From Leucoraja erinacea (lineage: Eukaryota), in assembly GCF_028641065.1 (NCBI RefSeq), contig NC_073410.1, positions 3,224,001 through 3,288,000 of the forward strand: DNA of 64,000 nt. The letters are read 5' to 3'. The stretch's first letter is position 1; each line of letters starts with the position of its first letter. Positions 1-12,331 of the stretch are shown here, one piece after another. The notes beneath the pieces are model-generated. The model was not told the origin of the DNA. It worked only from the letters and a program-made list of their open reading frames with translations, and ran no database searches. The translations under genes and the position numbers were made by a program.

Positions 1-128
1 CCACTGAATTACCAGGATAATATTTGTAAACATTACAAAACATTTATTTTTTACTTTTTTAATAGAGAAATACTTCCTCAATGAAACTCAATGGATAAGG
101 TGATTTATTGTCACCCCATGTCTGTTAC

Positions 129-298
129 CTGCATAGTTTTGTCATACCACCGATTTGCGCTGTTTTTATGCCAACCATTGCCATGCATCATCTGCAGAGC
201 CATGTTTAGATCAGTCAGTTCAACGTCAATTGGTTCGTCCAAGCAAAGCAGAAATATGCAACGTTCAATGGCATTCAGAGAGTCTCGGTTGGTTGAAT
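129..298 (-). CDS. CHAT: Choline O-acetyltransferase, 170-nt coding exon (last one in the window; gene continues left)
   Basis: Flanked by ctgcag| and |gtaac. Reads (D)[56 protein letters not shown], with the choline/carnitine acyltransferase NRWYDK motif. Phase matches the preceding exon. Confidence 0.95.
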
Positions 299-360
299 CT
301 GCAGTAGGAAGAATGGACCAAGTTAGCCTAAGCGACAGACATTCAGGTCTGTATTGAAGA

Positions 361-591
361 TTAGTTTAGTTTAGAGATCCAGCATGGAAACAAGCCCTTC
401 GGCCCACCGAGTCCATGTCAACCAATGATCACCCCGTACACTAGCACTATCCTACACACTAGGGACAATTTAAAATTTTACCGAGGCCAATTAGCCTACA
501 AACCTGCACGTCTTTGGTGTGTGGGAGGAAACCGGAGCACCCGGACAAATCCCATGCGGTCACGGGGAGAACGTGCAAACTCCGTACAGAC
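361..591 (-). mobile_element. V-SINE (HE1-like), 5'-truncated
   Basis: Minus strand carries ggagtttgcacgttctccccgtgaccgc...ctccggtttcctcccac and an (AAACT)n tail. Many related copies lie in the window (about 4017-4290, 23175-23420, 40540-40790, 44014-44250, 45870-46040, 56475-56790, 62222-62456). Confidence 0.7.
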
Positions 592-1444
592 ATCTTCGAA
601 GTGAAGTATGTGTTTCATTGTCCACCACTGCCATGTTCATCCTTATGCAGTTTCCAGTTTCTGACAGCAGGGGACCTACTCTTGACTTTAGTCATCTTTT
701 TGTACATTTACAAAGGAGTGGAGTATTAGGACACACTGCCTGGGTATAAGAGTGAATGTTCCCACTCATCATTGCCAGAAACAAAAGACCAACAATTTGC
801 TTAAATGATTGAAGTGAGATAATTGTAATTGTGGAACTATTGGAGTGATTTCGAGTGTTGGATATTGGATTTCCAGATGTTGTTAAACTTAAACTTGCAC
901 TTCAATGGTTATTAAATTAATTCATCTTGCAATAATAGACGAACATAGATTCTAATTTCTACAGAGGTGTGCCCTTACATTCTCTGCAATTGGAGACATA
1001 TGTGTGCGATTGGCAGTATCTACATCGTGATCGAGGTCATAACCAAATATTAATTCAGGAAGTACTTATTAAAATTATACTACCAAAAACATTGGTATAT
1101 TATCTGTGGGTCAATATTTATATGATGCAGAGAGTTCAACTAAATCTGGTGCTGTTGTGTGTAAAATTAGTTTGATTTTAGAATGAAAATATACATAGCA
1201 AGGCAAAAGTGTATTGTTGTCCCACACAAATTAGACTTGGTTGGACGAAATGTGTAGGAAGGAACTGCAGATGCTGGTGTACACCGAAGAGAGACACAAA
1301 ATGCTGGAGTAACTTAGCGGGACAGGCAGCATCTCTGCACAGGAGGAATGAAGAAGGGTTTTGACTCTAAACGCCACCCATTCATTCTCTCCAGAGATGC
1401 TGCCTGTCCTGCTGAGTTATTCCAGCATTTAGTGTCTATCTTCT

Positions 1445-2114
1445 AGAAACATAGAAATTAGGTGCAGGAGTAGGCCATTCGGCCCTTCGAGCCTGCACCG
1501 CCATTCAATATGATCATGGCTGATCATCCAACTCAGTATCCCGTACCTGCCTTCTCTCCATACCCTCTGATCCCCTTAGCCACAAGGGCCACATCTAACT
1601 CCCTCTTAAATATAGCCAATGAACTGGCCTCGACTACCCTCTGCGGCAGAGAGTTCCAGAGATTCACCACTCTCTGTGTGAAAAAGGTTCTTCTCATCTC
1701 GGTTTTAAAGGATTTCCCCCTTATCCTTAAGCTGTGACCCCTTGTCCTGGACTTCCCCAACATCGGGAACAATCTTCCTGCATCTAGCCTGTCCAACCCC
1801 TTAAGAATTTTGTAAGTTTCTATAAGATCCCCTCTCAATCTCTTAAATTCTAGAGAGTATAAACCAAGTCTATCCAGTCTTTCTTCATAAGACAGTCCTG
1901 ACATCCCAGGAATCAGTCTGGTGAACCTTCTCTGCACTCCGTCTATGGCAATAATGTCCTTCCTCAGATTTTGAGACCAAAACTGTACACAATACTCCAG
2001 GTGTGGTCTCACCAAGACCCTGTACAACTGCAGTAGAAACTCCCTGCTCCTATACTCAAATCCTTTCGCTATGAAAGCTAACATACCATTCGCTTTCTTC
2101 ACTGCCTGCTGCAA
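1445..2114 (-). mobile_element. CR1-type LINE 3' fragment (ORF2 C-terminus, 3'UTR and tail)
   Basis: 193-aa ORF with LYRVLVRPHLEYCVQFW...VQRRFTRLIPG...RLRGDLIETYKI...FFTQRVVNLWNSLP, typical of the CR1 ORF2 end. Tail ...tttctatgtttct. Confidence 0.92.
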
Positions 2115-2514
2115 ACTAGGCTTGGCTGTACAGCTGAGCTAGAAGCCAATATAAGTAAAGAATAAGCAGCCCATTGGAAGGTAACTTTCCTTCACTAGAG
2201 GATATAGGGTTAATTCTGTGCCAGATATTGGGTTCAGTTAGAGTGAAGCAAATGGCGACATTGAGGAAGATTTGGTTTGAACGTTTGGAGTCAGTGGTAC
2301 ACATCATATTTCCCCAGAACAAATGTTAACGGTTTCTTTCCAGGATTATTTTGATTTTAGAATGTAAATATACATTGCAAGGCAAAAGTGTATTGTTGTC
2401 CCACAAGAATCAGACTTGGTTGGACAAAATGTGTGGGAAGGAACTGCAGATGCTGGTGTACACCGAAGATAGACACGAAATGCTGGAGTAACTGCTGGAA
2501 GGTGCCAAATAATA

Positions 2515-2853
2515 GGCCTGTCCCACTTACGCGACTTTTACAGCGACTGCCGGCACCCGTCACAGGTCATTGCAAGTCGGCGAAAATTTCCAACATGGTG
2601 AAAATTCAGTGGTGACCAGCAAGACGCTACGACTCTTTGGGCGACTGAGGAGACGACTCACGACCATACAGGTGACACCCTGGTGACATGTCGCGGGGTG
2701 AAGCCTGTACGGTCGTGAGTAGTCGCCCAAAGAGTCGTACCTTGTTCTGGTCGCCGCTGGATTTTCAACATGTTGAAAATTTTCGGCAACCTGTAACGAC
2801 CTATGACGGGTGCCGGCAGTCGCCGAAAAAGTCACGTAAGTGGGACAGGGCCA
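2515..2853. mobile_element. MITE with CCTGTCCCACTT terminal inverted repeats (subfamily A)
   Basis: ggcctgtcccacttacg ... cgtaagtgggacaggg, with long imperfect internal inverted symmetry and no credible ORF. A partial relative lies at about 47436-47613. Confidence 0.75.
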
Positions 2854-3656
2854 TAAGGGTATGTGGTTTAATGTACCACATGTCAATTGTCATTGAAGGC
2901 TATTCCACAAGATGATAATGAGTGCAGAAATGCATGGAGATGACAACTCTATAAACAGAGATGCAGGTTGTTTGATTGATTGAAAGATTCAGCATGGAAA
3001 CAGGCCCTTCGGCCCACTGGGTCCACTCCAACCATCAGTTCACAGAAGTCCTATGCTATCCCATTTTCTCATCCACTCCCTTCATAGTGGGAGGCAATTT
3101 TTACATAGGGCTAATTAACCTACAAATCAGCAGGTCTTTGGGATGTGGGAAGAAATCGGAGTACCAGAGGAAGCCCAGGTGGCAGAAAAGAACAAGCAGT
3201 GGGTGATTCACTTGGCCCATATCTCTACAGCTATCAATTAGACTCTACTATCTCCTAACATGTATGACCCTGTATTGGTTGAGTGTAGATAAAAAATGCT
3301 GGAGAAACTCAGCAGGTGAGGCAGCATCTATGGAGAAAAGGAGCAGGCGACGTTTCGGGTCGAGACCCTTCTTCAGATGGACATTTTGAGCAGTCACATT
3401 GAGCACATTGTTAATTTTTGCATAACATGCATTCTAGTTATAACACCAAAAAGATAATCGACCTTCTGAGGAAGGTGCAATTAAGTTGAATTCATATATA
3501 TAGTTTTCTGAGATCTCATTTGAATTGTTGCAAAAAAAGTCACAGGAAACAAATGCAAAACTAACCATATAGTTTGCATTGACGTAAAACGCAAAGTGGA
3601 TTTGCCTGGCGGAGTTTGTGTTGCAGAATGGTTCTGCCTGCATACTTGCTACTGAC

Positions 3657-3834
3657 CTCTCATAAGCACTTCCCTTGCCTCCGCCCACTTGGGTCGACAG
3701 TCAGATGTGAGGAGACCTAAAGGGGGTGACCTTTCGTCCTCACTCCCTGCCATCTTCACAATCCTCCTCAACTGGGTGATCAAGTCAGTTTCGGTCAATC
3801 GTCTGTACTTTATGACCACATCCAAAACAAAGAA
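3657..3834 (-). CDS. CHAT: ChAT coding exon (178 nt)
   Basis: tgccag| and |gtcagt. Reads [59 protein letters not shown]. Confidence 0.95.
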
Positions 3835-4697
3835 CTGGCACAAAACAAAGTGACGGAAGTAAACATTAATACAATCCTGCAAGGAGTTCATGCAAAATGT
3901 CGAGAAGCATGAATTATAGACCACTTTAAATGTCTTTGCATGTAACTCGTATATCGACATTCAACAAGGTCATTTCTATTATTTCGATCAGTATTTTTGT
4001 TAAATAGCAGAGACATTAGACTTTAGACTTTAGGCAAACAGCATAGAAACAGGCCCTTCGACCCATCGTGTCCATGCCGACCAGCGATCACCCATACACT
4101 AGTTCTATCCTACAGTCCAGGGACAATTTAGTGAAGTCAATTAACCCAGAAACCTGCAAGCCTTTGGAATGTGGAAGGAAACCGGAGTGCCCAGAGAAAA
4201 CCCATGCAATCACAGGGAGACTGTTCAAACTCGTACAGACTGCACCCGTAGTCAGGATTGAGCCTGGGTCTCTGGCACTGTAAGGCAGCAAATGCAAGGC
4301 AACGTCTGCAGTTCATTGCTTGTACCTTTCTCAGTTCCAATTTTTCTTCATTTATTGATTTAAAAAAAAAAATGTTATTCATCAGGAAAGATAAATTGTC
4401 CTGAATTTATCAACTTTGAGCTCATTTGTCCATTCATCTCTTCTAATTTAGTTCAGATACAACATGGAAACAGGCCTTTCAGCCCACCACATCCATGCCA
4501 ATCATTGATCACCCATTCACACTAGTTCTTTGTTCAAGTCAAGTCAACTTTATTTGTCACATACACATACAAGATGTGCAGTTTTCTCTGATTTTCTCAT
4601 CTGCTTTTCTCTTCCACACCTCTCCTACTCTGGCAAAGACCACCCCACTATTAATTTCCATCTCCTCCACATTCCCCAATGTAAACTGAATTCTCAC

Positions 4698-4878
4698 CTG
4701 GTTACGATAAGCCACGATCACTTGTTCCGTTCCAGGCATGACATTGATTTTCTGGGTTACCAGTGTGTCTTTTTGTTGGCCCGGTAGACGATAGGATGTG
4801 AAAAGCCTGTAGTACTGCTCCATGCACAAGGCATGTCCTGCTAACTGACCGCGGGCAAAATCAACAGGTAAGGCACGG
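4698..4878 (-). CDS. CHAT: ChAT coding exon (181 nt)
   Basis: ttgcag| and |gtgaga. Reads RALPVDFARGQLAGHALCMEQYYRLFTSYRLPGQQKDTLVTQKINVMPGTEQVIVAYRNQ. Confidence 0.95.
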
Positions 4879-4986
4879 CTGCAAAACAAGAAGGGGAAAG
4901 CGATGCTTTAATAATCCAGCTGCTGCCCATCCAATGGTGTGGGTGAGAAGATGTGTGGATGATACTAGAGGCAAATTGGAGGAACA

Positions 4987-5320
4987 ACATCCTGGCCACT
5001 CACTCATCTCCCCGCTGCCTTCAGGTAGAAGGTACAGGTTCAGCCTGAAATCTGCAACATCCAGGTTCAGGAATAGCTCCTTCCCCACAGCCATCAGGCT
5101 ATTAAACTCAACTCAAACAAAACTCTGAACATTAATAGCCCAATGCGCTTTATCTGATTATTTATGTGTGTATATATATATTTTCAATAGTATATGGTCA
5201 CACACTGATCTGATCTGTATTTATGCCTACTATATTCTGTTGTGCTGAAGCAAAGCAAGAATTTCATTGTCTTATCTGGAACACATGACAATAAACTCTC
5301 TTGAATCTTGCATCTTGAAT
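4987..5320 (+). mobile_element. Rex1/Babar-type LINE 3' fragment
   Basis: HPGHSLISPLPSGRRYR..SATSRFRNSSFPTAIRLLN C-terminus, AATAAA and a (CTTGA/CTTGC) tail. Near-identical in layout to the 28041-28712 copy. Confidence 0.75.
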
Positions 5321-7038
5321 CAGATATTGCTTGGGCAGCTTACAGCCCAGTGGTATAAATCTGTATTTCTCCAACTTCAGGTAGCCCCGACATCCCCTCG
5401 CTCTCTATCCCTCCCCACCAAAGTCACACCAGCTTCTCGTTTTCACCCAACAAACAGCTAACAACGGCCATTTCCCTTTATCATCATTACTTTTTTGCAT
5501 ATCTTTCATTCATTGTTCTTTATCTCTCTACATCGTTGTCTATATCTCTCAGTTTCCTTATCCCTAACCATTCTGAAGAAGGGTCTCGACCCCAAATATC
5601 ACCCATTCCTTCTCTCCAGAGGTGCTGCCTGTCCCACTGATTTACTCCAGCTTTTTGTGTCTTTCAATAGTAAGGACAATTAATTCCCCAATTTCAAGTA
5701 ATACCCCCTTATCCTCCTCCAACCTTTCCACAGCCCCCCTCTGCCACCATTTCCCACCACCCCAGCCACCCTGCTTCTTTTCTCTCCTCCCTACACTTAT
5801 CTCCCATGCCTGAGTCTCACATTTCCAGCAATCTGCCAACCACCCCCCTCACCTGTATCCACCTATCATCTCTCCAACAGCCATGGGCTCCACGCCTCCT
5901 TGGTCATTTGTTGCCGACCCTGAGTTGTTCTGGCCTTTTCCTGCCTCCAGTTTCTCCCCTCTCCCCACTCTACTTTCAGCCTGAAGAAGGGTTCCGACCC
6001 GAAACGTCACCATTATCTTTCTCCAAAGATGCAGCCTGACCCGCTGAGTTACTTCAGCACTCTGTGTCTATCTCCACCTATCACTTACCAGGTTGTGTAC
6101 CCACCTCACCTCTTTACCATCTTTCTCCCCCTACTCCAGTCAGTCTGAAGAACAGTCCTGACCCAAAACAGCAGCAAGTGTCCACCCCTCCACAGTTGCT
6201 GCCTGACCCACTGAGTTACTCCACCACTTTTCTTTTTGCTCAAGATTCCAGCATCTGCAGTTTCCTTGTATCAAGTTAGATATTATCTGATTTAGGATTT
6301 AATGCATGTAAACCACATGTGGTTCAATAAGCAATGCCTATGCTAAAGTTGTACAAACTCCTGAACAACTTGCACATAAATTATTTGAGTGCTGATTTAC
6401 AATTTTTCTTATAGATCAAACTAAAAATCCCCTAGCTGTTAGGGCATATATAATTAATTCACCAATATCTTATCTAATAATAATCAAACACGAAACCTCT
6501 GAGGTTTTGGACTTCGTAAACATAATTTTCCTCTATATAAATTAAAACACGTCAATTAAAATTGTTATTTTCTTTAATTTCTTTAAGACTTATAATGTCA
6601 TTGCCCTTACAGATTTCTCCATCTTTGGAAGCTGCCTGAGTATTTCCAGCACTTTTAACATAATTACTCAATCTTTGCTATTTTACCAATATTATTCTAG
6701 TCATTACTCTCATTGTTACTTTTGTAAACCTCAAGTTCCAGAAGCAAAGAAACAATATTCACATCACAGTTTCCTTTCACTCTAACTATTGTATTTGAGT
6801 TTGGCTTGATTGGACTTATGGAGAGTATTATCTTGACTTGATTGGGTGGCATACAAAACAAAGCTTTCCGCTGCATCTCGGTAAACATGACATTAATAAA
6901 CCTGAACCTAAGACTAAGCATTCCCTTGCATAGTAACGGACGTTTTCAGAACTTTATATGGCCTTCACCCCACCAGCCAGAAACACCTCCTACAAACCCC
7001 AGAATTTAAACTTTATGTCTGGCACCCAACACATTAGT

Positions 7039-7337
7039 CATTCTGGGTTGCTTGCGTCCGGATGGCATGAACATTGAATTCTCCCAATTTTGCTAGCCCT
7101 TGCTGTCTCCTCCTCTTCCTTAACCCTCGAGCTGTCTCCTCCCATCCCCCCGCCCTCGGGCTCCTCCTCCTCCCTTTTTCCTTCCTTCTCCCCCCCACCC
7201 CCCATCGGTCTGAAGAAGGGTTTCGGCCCGAAACGTCGCCTATTTCCTTCGCTCCATAGATGCTGCTGCACCCGCTGAGTTTCTCCAGCATTTTTGTGTA
7301 CCTTCGATCTTCCAGCATCTGCAGTTCCTTCTTGAAC
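7039..7337 (+). mobile_element. Penelope-like element 3' fragment with hammerhead motif and target-site duplication
   Basis: GIY-YIG tail LGCLRPDGMNIEFSQFC*, followed by CTGAAGAAGGGTTTCGGCCCGAAACGTC (7210-7237). Direct repeat aacacattagt at 7028-7038 and 7335-7345. Confidence 0.8.
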
Positions 7338-7704
7338 ACATTAGTTATTCTTGTTGACACTACATAAAGTCTTTGATCTTGGTTTCCCAAAAGGATAAAA
7401 GTGAAGTGAAGAAGGCTCTAGACCCGAAACATCACCCATTCCTTTTCTCCAGCGATGTTGCCTCTCCCGCTGAGTTACTACAGCTTTTTGTGCCAATATT
7501 CAGAATACCCCATACATTTTATAAATTATTCCCATTTCATGTCAAGAACAGATATTCAAAATAATTTGATGGCACATGTTAGAGAGTGAAAGTATTTCAC
7601 TAAATAATCTTGGGTTTGTTGGAGAAACAACAGCAGAGGAATGGAATCATTGGTCATTTTAACTTATATAATTGGAAGTTTATTTCTGATTATCAATTAC
7701 TTAC

Positions 7705-7758
7705 GCATCCAGTACAATTTTGTAATCCAGTATTCCACAGATGAGACGCGCAGCAAAC
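7705..7758 (-). CDS. CHAT: ChAT coding exon (54 nt)
   Basis: ttgcag| and |gtaagt. Reads (R)FAARLICGILDYKIVLD(A). Phase 2 at both ends fits the neighbouring exons. Confidence 0.93.
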
Positions 7759-8846
7759 CTGCAAGGGGAAAATAAACTGATGTTAAAGGCACCACACGCC
7801 ATCATCAATGGGAGCTCGCTCCAATGGAAACAGATCCCTGAATGAGGATCATTATACTTACTATCTATAATTATAAGTGACTGCAGTTACACACAAGATT
7901 GAAAACCATGTCCGGCTAGATAGCAACAATACTCATGCAGCGTGTAGGCAAGAACTGCAGATGCTGATTTAAATCGGAGATAGGCACAAACTACTCTTGC
8001 AGCTTCTGCAAGGAATGATGCCCAGGTTTGGTTACGTTTAGAGAGACACAGAAAGCTGGTGGACAAAAGTGCTGGAGAAACTCGGCGGGTGCAGCAGCAT
8101 CTATGGAGCGAAGGAAATAGGCAACGTTTCGGCAGAAGGGTTGCCTATTTCCTTCGCTCCATAGATGCTGCTGCACCCGCTGAGTTTCCTCCAGCACTTT
8201 TGCCTACCTTCGATTTTCCAGCATCTGCAGTTCCTTCTTAAACACAGAAAGCTGGAGTAACTCAGTGGGTCAGACAGCATCTTTGGAGAAAAGGAATAGG
8301 TGACGTTCCAGAGATGCTGTCTGACCCGTTGAGTTACTCAAGCTTTTTGTGTCTATCTTGGGTTTAAACTAGCATCTGCAGTCCCTTCCTACACATTTGG
8401 TTTTAGTTTAATCGGTGGGACACAGTTCACCAATGCAAATAGATGGGAAGAACACCATGCAATGGATAAGCCTTGGTTCCGGTTTGGGTAATGTTACATA
8501 ACAGTGGCAAACACATCGCCATCAACTACAGTGTACTTTTCTGCATGTGCAAAGGGTTTGATGAAAGCCATTCCCTTGATGAAACCCTGCTTTTGAAAAA
8601 CATTTATTTAGGAACAGGTACAAGCAACAAAGCAGGAATTAGAACATCCACATATTCAGGGACTTGGTTTTGAAATGTTAACAAGAAATAATATTAATGT
8701 AGTGATTTAGGGCTGTGTTTACAATCTCAGCTTTAAGTGTCAAAAGCAAGGCATTGTAGCACAGACATATTGTTACGATCTTGCATTTTACCACATACTA
8801 TAATCTGCGTGGTGTTACGTAAAACAGGGTGCATGAGTAGTTGTAC

Positions 8847-8965
8847 CTGAGCTGATCACCCTCATCCTGGAAGTTCTGCTGAGGGAAGACCATTCCAGGG
8901 CTGGAGTTTACAGGAAGTGCAAGTGGGTTGCATAGATACATGGTATCCAACCACCAGTCATAAAT
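8847..8965 (-). CDS. CHAT: ChAT coding exon (119 nt)
   Basis: cccaag| and |gtacaa. Reads IYDWWLDTMYLCNPLALPVNSSPGMVFPQQNFQDEGDQLR, with the conserved LPVNSSP motif. Confidence 0.94.
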
Positions 8966-10183
8966 CTTGGGACGAGAAGAAAGAACAGTTTATTGTTACT
9001 ACTAATAAATCCACCACCTTCTCCACAGTCAACAATGTACCGTTGTGAGCTCCACCTCTCCTTGATCATCATTGCTGACTTTGACTTGTCCATTTTCATT
9101 CATATCTTCTTCATACCTTTTCATAGCTCTAGTTTCCTTTCCCCCTGACTCTCAGTCTGAAGAAGGGTCTTAACCCGAAATGTCACCTACTCCTTCTACC
9201 CACAGATGCTGCCTGACTCACTGAGTTACTCCAGCATTTTGTATCTATCTTCGGTGTAAACCAGCATCTGCAGTTCCTTCCTACCATAAATAAAAATGAT
9301 GAGCCGACAATGACTTGTCAATAGCAGATGACTCATAAAGTTTGACAAGTAGCAGCAAGGAACCATGGTTGATAGTTTTCACCTATCCTGAACGTTGTAC
9401 ATCGCGACAAAATTAAATAAGTCCCTTCTTGCCTCACTTTGAGTCACTCTCATTGCTCAAATAATTTAGTGAAGAGCCACGTTATAAGTGCAGTGACACA
9501 TCTGATTTATTCAGATAAGAGAAACCTCTATGTCAAACAGGGACAGGTTTAATGCAAAATGCTAGTTCCTGGATTCCGTTACAATATAATATAGTCGACC
9601 CTATCTGGAAAATGGAGATCCTAGTGCTCATATTCCATAAAGTTAAAAACAAAAACATGATGGAAGCATAAGGATGACAGGAAGAGATGGCCATTAAGAC
9701 CCATGTGGCCGTTGTTTGGTCATGATTGGTCTTTCAACACAGCACCACTTTCTCATTTTTATCCCTTAATTTCCCCAACATTCAAAAATCCATCAGCCTA
9801 TCTATTGAATATATTCAAAGTCCAAATCTCTACAATTTTCCTCAGAGAATATTGTAAAGAACCATTACTCTTGAACACATTTCTGAATGGGCAAACCCTC
9901 TGTTTGAGTCCCTGATATTTTGTTCCGGGCACCCAGCCCAGAGGAACATTTATCCCGGTGACTGTATTGACAAAGCCCATAAGAACTCAGTCTGAAGATG
10001 GGTCCCAAATCACAAGGTTGTCTTTCCATTCCCTCCACAGATGCTGCCTGACACAATGAATTCCTCCAAGCTTGTTATCTGCTCAAGATTCTAGCATCTG
10101 CAGTTTCATGTGTCCCCAATCAGAACCTTAATGTTTCAGTGAAATCACCTCTCATTTTCTAAGCACAAGACAATATAGGCCAA

Positions 10184-10315
10184 CAGTCTGAAGAAGGGTT
10201 TTGGCCCGAAACGTCGCCTATTTCCTTCGCTCCATAGATGCTGCTGCACCCGCTGAGTTTCTCCAGCATTTTTGTCTACCTTCGATCTTCCAGCATCTGC
10301 AGTTCCTTCTTGAAC
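10184..10315 (+). mobile_element. 132-bp non-autonomous Penelope-derived element with hammerhead motif
   Basis: Perfect 14-bp flanking duplication acaatataggccaa (10170-10183 and 10316-10329). Motif CTGAAGAAGGGTTTTGGCCCGAAACGTC at 10188-10215. Confidence 0.82.
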
Positions 10316-10819
10316 ACAATATAGGCCAAGCCTACTTCAATGAGTGAGACCCTTCCTCACTGCTACCCCTCTGTCCAGCCATCCATTATCCACCATGCTT
10401 TGTACTGCCTCTCCTCTTTTCCAGCTTTCTTCTCCCACCCCACAATCAGTCTGAAGAAGGGTCTGAGCCCGAAACGTCACCTATCCATGTCCTCCAGTTG
10501 AGATACTCCATTAATTTGTGACCTTTTGTGTATTAATTAGCATTTGAAGTTTTTTCTTTCTAATTTCTCATTAGACAACCCCCTGTTTCCAGCAATCTAC
10601 ATTATCTAGCAAATCTTAAATTTACACCTTGTAACTCAAGAATAACCTTTCTCCAAGAGACCAGACTTGTGCACAGTTTCTGAAGTGAAGTCCAAACAAG
10701 ATCCATCACACATCGCGGAAGTAATTTTATTATTGCACCCTTTTCCTCGCAGCTGTTTCTGAAGAGCACATTCAGTCAAATGCATGCATCTCTTCGAAAG
10801 AATGTAGTTCTGCCGTTAC

Positions 10820-11011
10820 CCAGTTAACTTTCTTTTCTTGGCGCTTCACCAAATGTTCCTGCAACAGTTCGCCCATCCCGCCAGTGGCGCCAAAACTTTC
10901 CACAATGGCTTTGGTGGTTTGGTACTGCTCCAGCGTGACCAAATGATTCACAGATTTCAGGTAGGTGTCCAGTGTCTCCTGCAGAGAAGGGACGGGATAT
11001 TTGGGCAACAC
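10820..11011 (-). CDS. CHAT: ChAT coding exon (192 nt)
   Basis: ctctag| and |gtaacg. Reads VLPKYPVPSLQETLDTYLKSVNHLVTLEQYQTTKAIVESFGATGGMGELLQEHLVKRQEKKVNW, with the LPxxPVPxLxxTL acyltransferase signature. Confidence 0.96.
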
Positions 11012-12262
11012 CTAGAGGTTACAGAAAAAACATTTCAACAACCATGATAAAGATTGATTAAGAAAATGTTGAACAGTGAAAACTATTAAACTGTACAGGC
11101 TTCATATGCAGGTTAATTGTTATAGACAATAGACAGTAGGTGCAGGAGTAGGCCATTCGGCCCTTCGAGCCAGCATCGCCATTGAATGTGATCATGGGTG
11201 ATCATCCACAATCAGTACCCCGTTCCTGCCTTCTCCCCATATCCCCTGACTCCGTTATCTTTAAGAGCCTATCTAGCTCTCTCTTGCAGCACAGTGTATA
11301 CATTTGTGGACTTTGTCGCTTTCGTGGCAAATTATGCTCTATCTTCTGGTAAATGTGCATCATTTATAACTTCTTGTGATTAAAATGGGGCATTGTCTGC
11401 ATAGAGTCGAACAGCACTGACACTCCAGCCCAAATCGTCCATATGGACTATAAGACACCCCATCTACACTAGTCCCGTTTGCCCGTGTTTAGCTCATATC
11501 TCTCTACACCTTTCCTATCCATGTGCCCATCCACGTTTGTTTTCTAACAGGTCAGATCTCATAAATCTCAATATAGTCTCCCGTGCATTTCTGCGAAAAA
11601 CGGCTTGAACTTTATTAACACATTCAAGTATTAGTAAATCCTCAAGAGACTTTCGTTACTCATTCTTGATGAGGATTGTGGCAAAACACTTTGCCCGCTC
11701 CCTCTACATCAGTGTCAGTGCCTAAGGTACCGGAAGGTAGTTAGTTAAACCAAGAAGGTACTTTGTAAACTAAAATAACTGGCATCCTTTCTCTCTACCC
11801 ATTCCCAATAGAAAATGTAGTCCAGCCAGTTCAATATTTGCAATGTAATAATGTGTAGTAAATGGTCCCACGGTACAACACTTAAAGGGAAGGAACACCA
11901 ATTGTTACACGTCTGTGTGTTACAACCTCCATCGTGTAGACATAGCGAGATACAACAGGGAAACAAGCCCCAAGGCCCAGCTAGTCGCTGTCAACCACCA
12001 AGCATCTAATATCCTACTCTAATTCATATCACACTCCAATAACTACACCCAGGTTCTCCCACTCACTTGGGGCAAATGACTGTGGCCAACTAACCTGCCA
12101 ACCTGCATATTGCTGGGACGTGGGAGAAACAGGGGGTGGTCATAGGGAGAACATGCAAACTCCCCACAGGCAGTGACAGACAGTAGTCAGGATCGAACTC
12201 GTGTCCGTGGCGCTGTGCGGCCGGGGTCCTACCAGTTAAGTTATCAGTCAGAGTTATTACAC

Positions 12263-12331
12263 TGCATGTCTGTGTGGAGCGGGAGAGTCGGTATCTCTGT
12301 ACTGCATTGGGGAACCATTAGATTTTTGCAT
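12263..12331 (-). CDS. CHAT: Candidate ChAT initiation exon, coding part (exon 12263-12341)
   Basis: Strong acceptor ttttctcacag| at 12341. gagATG opens MQKSNGSPMQYRDTDSPAPHRHA, in frame with the 192-nt exon only through a weak GCA|GTGTAA donor. Confidence 0.45.

Noticed and set aside
7034-7390. Recurrent ORFs such as MLEKLSGCSSIYGAKEIG / QRVQQHLWSEGNR
   Set aside because: These are translations of the Penelope-derived terminal repeat, not genes.
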